Below are positions 27,855 through 37,570 of a stretch of 64,000 bases of DNA, piece by piece. Made by a program: the position numbers and the translations under genes. The stretch lies in contig JALOQM010000001.1 in NCBI GenBank assembly GCA_025453495.1, forward strand, positions 90,732 to 154,731. Reading direction: 5' to 3'. How positions within the stretch are numbered: the stretch's first letter is position 1; the number at the start of each line of letters is the position of its first letter. Under the pieces are notes generated by a model. The model saw only the letters and a program-made list of their open reading frames with translations, was not told the DNA's origin and did no database searches. The stretch is from Minisyncoccota bacterium. Lineage in GTDB: Bacteria > Patescibacteriota > Minisyncoccia > Phycocordibacterales > UBA9973.

Positions 27855-30530
27855 ATGAAATCTGCCACTCGACCAACACGGATACTTGCCGGCATGTTGC
27901 TCGGAACGATAGCTTTGCAGTCGGCTTTTCTTGCACCACCCACAAAAAGTGCTGAAGCGCTCGACTTTACTGCCGCATCACAAGGAGTTCTTTCTGCTAG
28001 TGTCAGTTGTGGTGTAAACAATCTATTGCAAAGAAACCTTTCGAGTAAACTAGGTGGCCTTATTGAAGGTGAGGCGCTAAGTGAAGTGAGTGGTGCAGCT
28101 AGTGTACAAGTAGGCGACAGAGAAGTAAGAAGGCAACAAGAAGCTTTAACATTTAAAGAAACATGTCTAAAAAAAATTGCTCGCGCTGCTTCACAGGTTG
28201 TCTTGAGAGAGATAACGAGACAGACGGTCAACTGGATTAATACTGGCTTCAATGGTCAGCCACTTTTTGTAAGAAATCCACAATCATTCTTTAAGAGTCT
28301 TGCTGATAGAGAAGTACAGCGTTTAACGTCGACATTTAGAAATAGAAATAACTATCCGTTTGGACAATCGTTTATCAGAGGCTACGTGCGTGCAACACAA
28401 AGAACATTTGAACAAAATAGCGTTTATAGTCTTCGAAATTCTCTTGGCGGCTATACACCACAGCAATTTTATAGTGATTTCAATCTCGGTGGTTGGGATG
28501 GGTGGCTTGCAATGACACAACAGCCACAGAATAATCCTATTGGCTTCAGTATAGAAGCATCACGAGAACTCAGTCGTCGTCTTGCAGGTACACAACAATC
28601 AGTGGCACAAGACATACGAGATGAGCTACAGCAAGGAATGGGATTTCTCTCACCAAAAGTCTGTGTCGACCCAGTCGGCTATATTCCACCATCTGGGGCA
28701 GTGATCAGTATTACTGAAGTCGAAAATCTCGCATTAAATGATCCTATTAGTCTCATAAATCAAATGGGTATAACACCAGAGCAGGCAGCAGCAGCAATCG
28801 GTGTTAGTGTAGCTGATCTCCAAGATCTCAATGAAGAACAAATTGCAAGTCTTATAGGTGCCGCACAAACAGCTGGCTATGACCAATATGTTGATCAGTG
28901 TCGCCGCTATGAAACTACAACTCCAGGAGGTGTAGTTTCAAGTCAACTGACCAAAGTTCTTAATATACCAACAGACAATCTCTTACTTGCACCAGAAGAT
29001 CTCGACAGCAGTCTACAAGCAGTCTTTGATGCACTACTCAACCAGCTTTTCAAAAAAGGTCTTGCTTCACTTTCTGATCTTTCAAATGGTGACACTGGTG
29101 GAACTGGAGCAAGTAATATCGAAGTATATAGCGGTGGCGGGTATGGTTCAAATGCAAGTGCGACGCAAAATTTCTCGGCAACTACAAATGTGAATGATCA
29201 ATGGTTCAATCAAAACCGGCAGTTTGACATTACTAATATTGCTTCAATCCAAGAAATTATTGATACTCAAAATGAGTATATACAAGCAATCATTGATGAT
29301 CCAGCAATTGAATCCCCACTACCAAACCCAACAATAAATTCAGCGAACTACCCTCTTCCTGCAGTGCTCTATACAAGCGCAAAAGGTCAAAATTACTGGC
29401 TGAATAGAATAATCCCTGAAATCTATCAACTTGACTACTGTATACCTGGACCACACCCAGGCTGGGAAAATGAAGCACAAGCAAACTTCTTTGCTATAAA
29501 ATCTAAAATTACTGATACAAAAAATCTTAACGAAACAGCGCTTGGCAGGATATACGATACATTTACCTTTGGTTTAGGAACATCAGTTATTAATTTTTGG
29601 ACAAATGTAGCTACACCGGGTGACGTAAATGCTGATGATCTTAAACATATAAGATACTATGGCGCGCTTATACAGAATCTCACAGGCATACAGGCAGAAG
29701 CTGACAAATACATTCTCTCATACGAAAAAGTGATAAAAATTCTTGATACGCTCTTTGAGCGGTTCGTTGTACAAATGAATAGACAGTTTGATCCAGTCAA
29801 TCTCCCCTCATCCGCAGGTGAAGCAGCACTCCTTTATGCCAAAATTCCTGGATATACATCAATTCTTCAGAAAAATACCCAAGACATTGTATCGCTTAGG
29901 GGTGTTGTACGTAGACTTGAAGAAATCAAACAAGAAATAACACTCATCAACACAGAACAAGCGACACTTGATTCGCAGACGCTCTCTGGTGCTATAAGTC
30001 AATCACAAGCTGAAATTATACAAAATCAACTTGACAACAGGCTTGATTTTGCAAAGCGCTCATTTGGTAATCAAGCACAAAATTTTGTCACAGATGCTAA
30101 TACCTTAGCAATAAAAGATCAAACACGGCAGTTAATTAGTGACATTGTGTATATACACAACACCTTACTCAAAGGTCCAAGCGGGTGTGAAGCACAAATA
30201 CAGTTTGTACCAGTCGAATCTCGAGTACGTGCATGGCCGTACCAGAATCCTCATTATTATGATTATCCAAAAGGTGGAAGTGGTACTACACTAGTTGATA
30301 TTGGTAGTCTTAAACTAGACCCAATCACTAACAACCTTATCGGTGCTCCACTACGAAGCTATACGACCTATTATCCATTTATGGAATACTCTTATTTCGG
30401 TAATTCAAACTGGAGTGGCTATCGACCAACCTGGAGTCAGATTTATATTACAGATCTCATGAATTTTGACACCGGTGAAGTAGGTAACACTGTCGGTATA
30501 TTTGAAGCACGACTTATGTTTGGAGAATAG
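27855..30530 (+). CDS. Large secreted protein (891 aa) of unknown function, translationally coupled to the upstream gene (TAA-ATG)
   Basis: Signal peptide MKSATRPTRILAGMLLGTIALQSAFLA; no recognisable catalytic motifs. Confidence 0.55.
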   Translation: MKSATRPTRILAGMLLGTIALQSAFLAPPTKSAEALDFTAASQGVLSASVSCGVNNLLQRNLSSKLGGLIEGEALSEVSGAASVQVGDREVRRQQEALTFKETCLKKIARAASQVVLREITRQTVNWINTGFNGQPLFVRNPQSFFKSLADREVQRLTSTFRNRNNYPFGQSFIRGYVRATQRTFEQNSVYSLRNSLGGYTPQQFYSDFNLGGWDGWLAMTQQPQNNPIGFSIEASRELSRRLAGTQQSVAQDIRDELQQGMGFLSPKVCVDPVGYIPPSGAVISITEVENLALNDPISLINQMGITPEQAAAAIGVSVADLQDLNEEQIASLIGAAQTAGYDQYVDQCRRYETTTPGGVVSSQLTKVLNIPTDNLLLAPEDLDSSLQAVFDALLNQLFKKGLASLSDLSNGDTGGTGASNIEVYSGGGYGSNASATQNFSATTNVNDQWFNQNRQFDITNIASIQEIIDTQNEYIQAIIDDPAIESPLPNPTINSANYPLPAVLYTSAKGQNYWLNRIIPEIYQLDYCIPGPHPGWENEAQANFFAIKSKITDTKNLNETALGRIYDTFTFGLGTSVINFWTNVATPGDVNADDLKHIRYYGALIQNLTGIQAEADKYILSYEKVIKILDTLFERFVVQMNRQFDPVNLPSSAGEAALLYAKIPGYTSILQKNTQDIVSLRGVVRRLEEIKQEITLINTEQATLDSQTLSGAISQSQAEIIQNQLDNRLDFAKRSFGNQAQNFVTDANTLAIKDQTRQLISDIVYIHNTLLKGPSGCEAQIQFVPVESRVRAWPYQNPHYYDYPKGGSGTTLVDIGSLKLDPITNNLIGAPLRSYTTYYPFMEYSYFGNSNWSGYRPTWSQIYITDLMNFDTGEVGNTVGIFEARLMFGE

Positions 30531-30596
30531 TAGTAGTCATATACGTACTATGGGCATACGCGAAATTGCCATACTCTGATACAATAAAGTGTATTA

Positions 30597-33500
30597 ATGA
30601 ATCGTTTAAAACGAAAAATAAAATCTGGCTTTAAACACTTTGTGCTCACGCTAGTGCTTCTTGGCGTGACTTTTGCATCACTATTCTCTAGTCCGCTACA
30701 AGTACACGCAGCAGACAGTATGCAAGAGGTATTTCCAGCTACCTCTTCCAGTGATTCAGGAGTAGGCGATATTCTACCAATTGGTACTGTACCCTATAGC
30801 GGCAGGGATGGTGATGAATATATCATTAATGAAAATAATCTGAGTTTGACTCTTGAAGGTACACCAACTTCTCAGACAGTCACATTCAAAATGAATCTCC
30901 GCCTTGGTGGTGATTCTATACAGGGTATAAATCCAGGTAGAAATGGCAATAACACTCTTTACGACGAGGAAGAAGACCTTGGTAGTTGGCAATCAATTTA
31001 CGACACCAACAGTGATGGTAGTTGGCCACCTACTAGCGATAGTGGCAGAGGAATATGGCTTGATATTGGCACAAGTGTAGCTCCTGGACAAGCAAGTGTA
31101 GGATTTGGCTCACCTCCAATTGCACCTGTTATAAACGATCTTGTGCAAGAGTATGACCTCGCGACTCTCATTAACTTCAGGTACACATCGCAAGAAATTA
31201 ATATCACTGTAGGCACAGCAGCTGGACTTACCCCAAATACACAATACTACGCTCGCATTCGTGTTGAAGAATCAGATTCAACAGACAATGCCTACAGTAA
31301 GATTGTCGGATTCAAAACAGGTGCTGCTGGTGATACCGGAGAACAAAGCGAGGAAATCACAGCAAGCCTGACGCAATCTGAAATAAACAATGAAGGACAA
31401 CTTATTGATCTTCTTGACTGCGGTATAAGCACTATATTTACTGATTGTTTGGTTATAGGTTTCTATTACCTTTTTTATGTCCCATCATCATGGATTCTCC
31501 GTGCTGCTGGTTGGTTGCTTGACGCATTCGTTACATTTTCAATCAGTACCAAAGTATATAGTGATCCAAGTTTTATAACAGAAGGATGGAAGATCGTCCG
31601 TGATATAGCAAACATATTTTTCATTTTTGTCCTTGTATATATTGCATTTAAGCTAATACTTGGCGTTAGTGGCTCTGATGTGAAACGTATGCTGACCACT
31701 ATTATCATAGTCGGTGTCCTTATAAACTTCAGTCTATTTTTTACCAAAGTCGTTATCGACTCATCAAATATACTGGCACGCATTTTTTATCAACAGATCC
31801 AAATCACTGGTACTGAAGGTAGGGCAATCACAGATGCCTCAAAACTAGGTGTGGAAGAAAAAAGTCTCTCACAAGCTATTGTCAGTGGTGTAAGTGTAAA
31901 CAAAATGCTCTCTGATGAGACTATTACAAAACTACGTACTATGAATTGGCATAGTACTAGTTCAACATTTTTGATTATTATACTTGGCTTAATTGTCAAT
32001 CTCGTTACTGCTTGGACATTATTTATGAGTGCACTGTTTTTTATAGGGAGGATTGTCGCCTTGTGGGTAGCTATGATATTTTCAGCATTCGCCTTTATGT
32101 CAAACATTGCACCTGATTGGTTTAAACAAATTCCTATGATTAATTGGAGTAGTTGGTTCTCTGACCTTTTAAAGGTTTCCTTTTTAGCGCCGATCTTTCT
32201 GTTCTTTATTTATTTGATTATTGCATTTGTGAATAGCAAATTTCTCGATGGGTTACTGCTTAAAGCAAACGATTTTGATTTTACACAACTCCTCGTCTCT
32301 ATTATGCTCCAGTTTGGAATTTTAATTGTCCTTATACAAAAAGCAAAAGATATTGCTGAAAAACTTGCAGGAGACACAGCTGGTGCCGCTGTAAGTGCTA
32401 TAAAAAAAGGAGCTTCCGCTGTTGGTTCAGTAGTTGCTGGAGCAGGACTTGCTGTAGCAACTGCTGGAGCAGGATTTGCACTTCGTGGCACACTTGGCAG
32501 ATATGCCGCAGATCAGATGAATTCTGAAGAATACAAAAAGAAAATGGCCGAACGCATAGAAAAAGGTGGTGTTCGTGGTTGGCTTGCACAACGAGAACTC
32601 AAATCATATGAAAGTTTCAGTAATGCAAGTTTTGATGCTCGTGGATCAAAAAGATTTCAGAGTGCTCTCACTAGGTTTGGTGGTGCAACTGGTATAAATA
32701 TAAACACTGGAACTGGACACGAGGGAGGACATCTAAGTGATAAAGAAAAGAAAGAAAAAGAGCATCTTGCTATGGTAGAGCTCCTGCGATCAAAGAAAAG
32801 CGATGAGGAGTGGATGGAGTCACTCAGCGAGGATGATCCAGAAAAGAAAAAGTACATGGATGCAAAAAAGAAATACGAGACTGAGAAAGCTGTGTTTGAT
32901 GAGTATGAAAACAAATACAGAGAAGCATACGAGGCTGCAAAAAACTTGCCTGGCTTTAATCTTGACAAATTTAGAATTGACTATGAAAAAGCAAATGGAA
33001 AAGCACCAGATGCGCCAAAGGAAGTCAAAGCATCAGACTATGTTGATGTTTCAAAAATAAACAAAGAGCGCGAACTTAAATATGCAAGATACCTTAGAGA
33101 GAATACATTGCGCGCAAAGATAGAGCGTGCAACAGGTGATGGAGATCTGCTTGGCACGGAGCGTAGCGCACAATTGTCAGCAGCCAAAAAGATCGAAAGA
33201 GAAGCAGCAATGACTGAGAAATCATCAGTAAGTATGTCGAAACTTGCTCGCGCCGCAGAACAAGCAGAATACGATATTGGTCGCCTCAATAGAGAAATTG
33301 AAGCACATCAAACTAAATACTCTGGTACGCCTGAAGAAGTAAAACAAAAAATTACTCTTGAGATAAATACGGCAAAGAATGAACTGAAAGATATTGATCT
33401 AAATGCTGAAATGATGAAACAAAAATATGAAAGTGTAAAAAAGAAAGGTGGAAATACTGCGAGACAAGCTTATATTGCATGGCAAGCTGCTGAAGACAAG

Positions 33501-33632
33501 AGAAAAGAGAAACAAGAAGAAATCGCGGCTCTTGGTAGGGTAACAGAAGATCAGAAAAAACGTATAAGCGAACTTGAAAAGAAAGAAGGAGATCTTGAAA
33601 AGCTCCGAGAAAAGATAGACAAACTTAACTAG
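30597..33632 (+). CDS. VirB6/TrbL-like polytopic inner-membrane protein (1011 aa) with an N-terminal secreted domain and a K/E-rich coiled-coil C-terminal tail of about 450 aa
   Basis: Signal peptide; about 270-aa exodomain; at least 7 TM helices (e.g. IFFIFVLVYIAFKLILGV, TIIIVGVLINFSLFF, FLAPIFLFFIYLIIAF); Gly-zipper AGAGLAVATAGAGFA; C-terminal heptad-like KKKYE/EKKEGDLEK repeats. Confidence 0.55.
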   Translation: MNRLKRKIKSGFKHFVLTLVLLGVTFASLFSSPLQVHAADSMQEVFPATSSSDSGVGDILPIGTVPYSGRDGDEYIINENNLSLTLEGTPTSQTVTFKMNLRLGGDSIQGINPGRNGNNTLYDEEEDLGSWQSIYDTNSDGSWPPTSDSGRGIWLDIGTSVAPGQASVGFGSPPIAPVINDLVQEYDLATLINFRYTSQEINITVGTAAGLTPNTQYYARIRVEESDSTDNAYSKIVGFKTGAAGDTGEQSEEITASLTQSEINNEGQLIDLLDCGISTIFTDCLVIGFYYLFYVPSSWILRAAGWLLDAFVTFSISTKVYSDPSFITEGWKIVRDIANIFFIFVLVYIAFKLILGVSGSDVKRMLTTIIIVGVLINFSLFFTKVVIDSSNILARIFYQQIQITGTEGRAITDASKLGVEEKSLSQAIVSGVSVNKMLSDETITKLRTMNWHSTSSTFLIIILGLIVNLVTAWTLFMSALFFIGRIVALWVAMIFSAFAFMSNIAPDWFKQIPMINWSSWFSDLLKVSFLAPIFLFFIYLIIAFVNSKFLDGLLLKANDFDFTQLLVSIMLQFGILIVLIQKAKDIAEKLAGDTAGAAVSAIKKGASAVGSVVAGAGLAVATAGAGFALRGTLGRYAADQMNSEEYKKKMAERIEKGGVRGWLAQRELKSYESFSNASFDARGSKRFQSALTRFGGATGININTGTGHEGGHLSDKEKKEKEHLAMVELLRSKKSDEEWMESLSEDDPEKKKYMDAKKKYETEKAVFDEYENKYREAYEAAKNLPGFNLDKFRIDYEKANGKAPDAPKEVKASDYVDVSKINKERELKYARYLRENTLRAKIERATGDGDLLGTERSAQLSAAKKIEREAAMTEKSSVSMSKLARAAEQAEYDIGRLNREIEAHQTKYSGTPEEVKQKITLEINTAKNELKDIDLNAEMMKQKYESVKKKGGNTARQAYIAWQAAEDKRKEKQEEIAALGRVTEDQKKRISELEKKEGDLEKLREKIDKLN

Positions 33633-33649
33633 CCAGATAAGAAAAAATT

Positions 33650-34339
33650 ATGATAGATTTTACTGAACAACAAATGGAAGAAAAATTCAATGCGGTCCCG
33701 CGCTCGGTGCGCGCGTTGATCTTTGATCCTATAGTTGGAGAAAAAACACAAAGTATCGGCAAGAAGTATGGATTACTGCTTGATGCATCAAGTGACTTGC
33801 TTGCAATTGTGCAATTTGCTCTTTTTGGATTCATTACTCAAGAAGATATCAAAAAAGAAATTATCGAAGCACTCAAAGTAAGTAATACTGTAGCATCTGC
33901 CATTACTGTAGATATAAAAAACGAAATAGTAGCGCCTATTTTTGAAAAAATGCGCAAGCAACAAGAAGAAACTACTACAGAAAAAATAACTGACGAAGAA
34001 ATTGCACTCCTTCTTACTGAACCTGAAGATGACAGTAGTGGTTTTGCGCAAGCTGGTATTGAAATACAATCAGAGAAACCTTTCATTGGCGACGAGGAAA
34101 AGGAAGCCTTTGAGGAGCATAAGGTATTGCTCAAGCAAATAGAACGTACTACCTCGCCAATACAAACGTCAAACGAGATACAGCGAGGTATTACAGGTGA
34201 AAAATTTTCTGGTAATTTCAAAATTCCTCATGAAGAGCGAGATTATTCGATAAATAAGCAGTCTGACGCAGATACAGTTTCACTCAAAGTAATAAGGCAT
34301 CGTGACCGTGTCGATCCATACCGAGAACCTCTTGAATAA
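33650..34339 (+). CDS. Acidic cytoplasmic hypothetical protein (229 aa)
   Basis: Intact ORF in operon; hairpin aaaatgcccgtagtttgcgggcatttt immediately downstream. Confidence 0.45.
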   Translation: MIDFTEQQMEEKFNAVPRSVRALIFDPIVGEKTQSIGKKYGLLLDASSDLLAIVQFALFGFITQEDIKKEIIEALKVSNTVASAITVDIKNEIVAPIFEKMRKQQEETTTEKITDEEIALLLTEPEDDSSGFAQAGIEIQSEKPFIGDEEKEAFEEHKVLLKQIERTTSPIQTSNEIQRGITGEKFSGNFKIPHEERDYSINKQSDADTVSLKVIRHRDRVDPYREPLE

Positions 34340-34404
34340 CAAAATGCCCGTAGTTTGCGGGCATTTTGCTTTGCCGGCAGTGGAAGATACCATATAATGA
34401 ATAT

Positions 34405-34842
34405 ATGCGATTTGAAGTGCCGCAATTCATTGACGTCGAAGACAAGATTTTCGGCCCATTCACTTTTAAGCAATTTTTATATCTTGCCGGAGGAGCGGGT
34501 ATCATCTATGTCCTTTGGAAACTTCTCCCAGCGATCATCGCCATACCACTCATACTTCCTGTCGCTGGACTCGCACTTGCTCTGACATTTTACAAAGTAA
34601 ATGGTCGACCATTCGCACAAACTATTGAGTCTTGGATGAAATACATCACTCAGGACAAACTCTATCTTTGGAAAAAAAGAGAGCGCAGAAAGACGCCAGA
34701 AAAAACACCAATGCCTGAGACAGAACAAGTACCAATTCAAGCACCACGTCTTTCTGGGAGTAAACTCAAAGACATCGCATGGAGTCTTGATGTTCTTGAT
34801 ATGCAAGAGAACGCAAAGCTCGATAAACTCGACACAAGATAA
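34405..34842 (+). CDS. PrgI-family-like small membrane protein of Gram-positive-type T4SS (functional VirB3 analogue)
   Basis: MRFEVPQFIDVEDKIFGPFTFKQFLYLAGGAGIIYV then a second TM helix; classic PrgI-family N-terminus and two-TM topology directly upstream of VirB4; start moved to ATG 34405 because the upstream in-frame Met lies inside the preceding hairpin. Confidence 0.6.
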   Translation: MRFEVPQFIDVEDKIFGPFTFKQFLYLAGGAGIIYVLWKLLPAIIAIPLILPVAGLALALTFYKVNGRPFAQTIESWMKYITQDKLYLWKKRERRKTPEKTPMPETEQVPIQAPRLSGSKLKDIAWSLDVLDMQENAKLDKLDTR

Positions 34843-34849
34843 CTAACAT

Positions 34850-35488
34850 ATGGCTATCAACGCAAAAGCATCACAAGAATTTGTACCTGTTAAAGAAGTG
34901 CGCGACGGTATCGTCGTCTTAAAAGATGGCAGCCTTCGTGCTATTTTGCTTGCTTCATCAATCAATTTGTCACTCAAGTCATATGAAGAACAACAGGCAG
35001 TTCTTTTACAATTTCAGAACTTTCTCAATTCAATAGATTTCTCAATGCAGATCGTCGTCCAATCTCGCCGACGTGACATGCGTCCATATCTTACACTACT
35101 TGAAAACAGAATGCGTGAACAAACTGAACCACTCTTGAAAGTGCAGACGCGCGAGTATATTGAATTCATCAAAAGCTTCACGGAGTCAGTGAGTATTATG
35201 ACAAAAAACTTTTTTATCATCGTTCCGTATTCATCAGTATCATTGCCTTCAGCTGAGGGTGTTATAAAAAAACTATTTGGTGGCACAAATAAAAAAACAG
35301 TAGCTCAAGAAGAATTAGCAAGCTTTGAAGAAAAACGTACACAACTTGAGCAAAGAGTTGGCACTATCACACAGGGACTTTCCCGTATGGGTGTCAGAAC
35401 AGCACAGCTTGGTACTGAGGAGGTTATAGAACTTTTCTATAAGATATTTAATCCGGGAGAAATAACTGCAAGTATTAAATCACAATAA
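34850..35488 (+). CDS. virB4: VirB4/ConE/PrgJ N-terminal domain encoded as a separate ORF (first part of a split VirB4)
   Basis: EFVPVKEVRDGIVVLKDGSLRAILLASSINLSLKSYEEQQAVLLQF matches the conserved Gram-positive VirB4 N-terminus; TAA stop 1 nt before the ATG of the ATPase ORF. Confidence 0.6.
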   Translation: MAINAKASQEFVPVKEVRDGIVVLKDGSLRAILLASSINLSLKSYEEQQAVLLQFQNFLNSIDFSMQIVVQSRRRDMRPYLTLLENRMREQTEPLLKVQTREYIEFIKSFTESVSIMTKNFFIIVPYSSVSLPSAEGVIKKLFGGTNKKTVAQEELASFEEKRTQLEQRVGTITQGLSRMGVRTAQLGTEEVIELFYKIFNPGEITASIKSQ

Positions 35489-35489
35489 T

Positions 35490-37538
35490 ATGGGCTTTTT
35501 TGATACATTGTTTGGGAATAAGTCAAAAGTAAAAGAAGCGGAAAAAACGCCAGTGCTTTCTGTCTTACCTGAACAAATCTATGAATCAGCAACCCTCGAA
35601 TTCCAAGACATCATCGCACCATCTGCTCTTAAAATAGAGTCGAAATCTCTAAATCTTGGCGAGAAAATAACACGCACGTTTTTTGTTATTTCCTATCCAA
35701 GATTCCTGACCGATAATTGGTTCTCACCGATAATAAACCTCGACAAGATTTTTGATGTATCAATCTTTATTCATCCTATAGATTCACAGAAATTGCTTCG
35801 CGATTTCCAGAAAAAAGTCGCAGAAGTTCAAAGTCAGATCAACACCAGAGAAGCAAAAGGACTTGTCAGAGATCCAATGCTTGATACTGCTTACCGTGAT
35901 CTTGAGGCGCTTAGAGACAATCTCCAACAGGCGCAAGAACGGGTCTTTGAGGTTGGACTGTATATCACAGTATATGCTGACAATGAAAATGAGCTTTTCA
36001 AAGTTGAAAATGAGATAAAAACTATCCTTGAATCACGCCTTATTTATCTAAAACCAGCACTCTTTCAGCAAGAAGAAGGATTTAAGAGTGTTTTACCGAT
36101 CGGTAATGATCTTCTCTCAGTACACCAAAAACTCAATACTGAGCCGCTTTCGTCTATTTTTCCATTTGTGTCCTTCGACCTCACAAGTGACAATGGGATC
36201 CTTTATGGCGTAAATCGACACAATGCGTCACTTGTTATCTTTGATCGTTTCTCCCTTGAAAACTATAATTCAATTATCTTTGCAAAGTCCGGAGCTGGAA
36301 AGTCGTATGCGACGAAGCTTGAGATTATCCGTACACTTATGTTTGATACTGACGTGATCGTTATCGACCCAGAACGTGAGTATGAGTATCTTGCTGAAGC
36401 AGTCGGTGGACGCTATTTCAATATAGCGCTTTCTTCTGATCACCACATCAACCCATTTGATCTACCAATTCCACGTGAAGATGAAACGACAGCTGACGTG
36501 CTTCGCTCAAACACAATCAATCTTGTCGGCTTGTTTCGTATCATGCTCGGCGGACTAACACCAGAAGAGGACGCGCTCATAGACAGAGCGATTACAGAAA
36601 CATATGCAATAAAAGATATTACTGCTGATTCAGATCTCAGTGACATAGAACCACCACTGTTGTCTGATTTTGAGCTTGTTCTTGCTGGTATGGAAGGAAG
36701 CGAAAAAGTACTCCAACGTCTGACAAAATATACTAAAGGATCTTGGTCAACCTTTATAAACCGCCCATCAAACGTCGACATCAACAAGAAATTTGTCGTC
36801 TTCTCTGTGCGCGACATGGAAGATGAGTTGAAGCCTGTCGCTATGTATATTGTCACGCACTTCATCTGGAACGAAGTGCGTAAATCAATAAAAAAGCGCC
36901 TACTTGTCGTCGACGAAGCATGGTGGATGATGAAATCAGAAGACACCGCTTCATTTCTCTACTCAATCGCAAAAAGAGGGCGTAAATACTATCTTGGCCT
37001 CTGTACTATCACCCAAGACGTTGGAGACTTCATGAGAAGTCCCTATGGTGTGCCTATTGTAACAAACTCTTCATTGCAGCTTCTCCTTAAACAATCACCG
37101 TCATCGATTGATCTTCTACAGAAGACATTTAATCTCACCGATGAAGAAAAATATCTTCTTCTTGAATCTGCCGTTGGTGAGGGCATCTTCTTTGCAGGAC
37201 TCAAGCATGTTGCCATAAAGATCATTGCCTCATACACCGAAGATCAAATTATTACCTCAGATCCATCACAAGTACTTGCTATAAAACGCGCTAAGGAAGA
37301 ATTTGAAGCATCTGAAACGCAAAGAGAACAAGCTATTGTTTCAGAGACAGAAATAGTAAGAGCGCAACCATTTGAAACAACAATAGCACCTAAAACAATA
37401 CCTGAGACAGAAGAAACAATAGACGCAGCTGAAATGACACCTGTCCGACAAAAAACAAAGGAAGAGTCACAACTTGATGAGCTTGCCATCCTTGATGAAG
37501 ACCTCAAAGAAATCGAAGAGGATATTGTCGGAAAATAA
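35490..37538 (+). CDS. virB4: VirB4/TrsE/CagE-family T4SS ATPase (central and ATPase domains)
   Basis: Walker A IIFAKSGAGKSYATK; HINPFD motif; Walker B LLVVDEAWWMM; RKYYLGLCTITQDVGDF motif. Confidence 0.85.
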   Translation: MGFFDTLFGNKSKVKEAEKTPVLSVLPEQIYESATLEFQDIIAPSALKIESKSLNLGEKITRTFFVISYPRFLTDNWFSPIINLDKIFDVSIFIHPIDSQKLLRDFQKKVAEVQSQINTREAKGLVRDPMLDTAYRDLEALRDNLQQAQERVFEVGLYITVYADNENELFKVENEIKTILESRLIYLKPALFQQEEGFKSVLPIGNDLLSVHQKLNTEPLSSIFPFVSFDLTSDNGILYGVNRHNASLVIFDRFSLENYNSIIFAKSGAGKSYATKLEIIRTLMFDTDVIVIDPEREYEYLAEAVGGRYFNIALSSDHHINPFDLPIPREDETTADVLRSNTINLVGLFRIMLGGLTPEEDALIDRAITETYAIKDITADSDLSDIEPPLLSDFELVLAGMEGSEKVLQRLTKYTKGSWSTFINRPSNVDINKKFVVFSVRDMEDELKPVAMYIVTHFIWNEVRKSIKKRLLVVDEAWWMMKSEDTASFLYSIAKRGRKYYLGLCTITQDVGDFMRSPYGVPIVTNSSLQLLLKQSPSSIDLLQKTFNLTDEEKYLLLESAVGEGIFFAGLKHVAIKIIASYTEDQIITSDPSQVLAIKRAKEEFEASETQREQAIVSETEIVRAQPFETTIAPKTIPETEETIDAAEMTPVRQKTKEESQLDELAILDEDLKEIEEDIVGK

Positions 37539-37570
37539 GAAAAGCAATGTTTTAATGGTATACTCTCTGT

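Noticed and set aside
33650-34339. Candidate relaxase or coupling protein within the T4SS operon
   Set aside because: No HUH/His-triad relaxase motif, no Walker A/B, and only 229 aa. It is left as an acidic hypothetical protein. No relaxase or VirD4 was found anywhere in the window.
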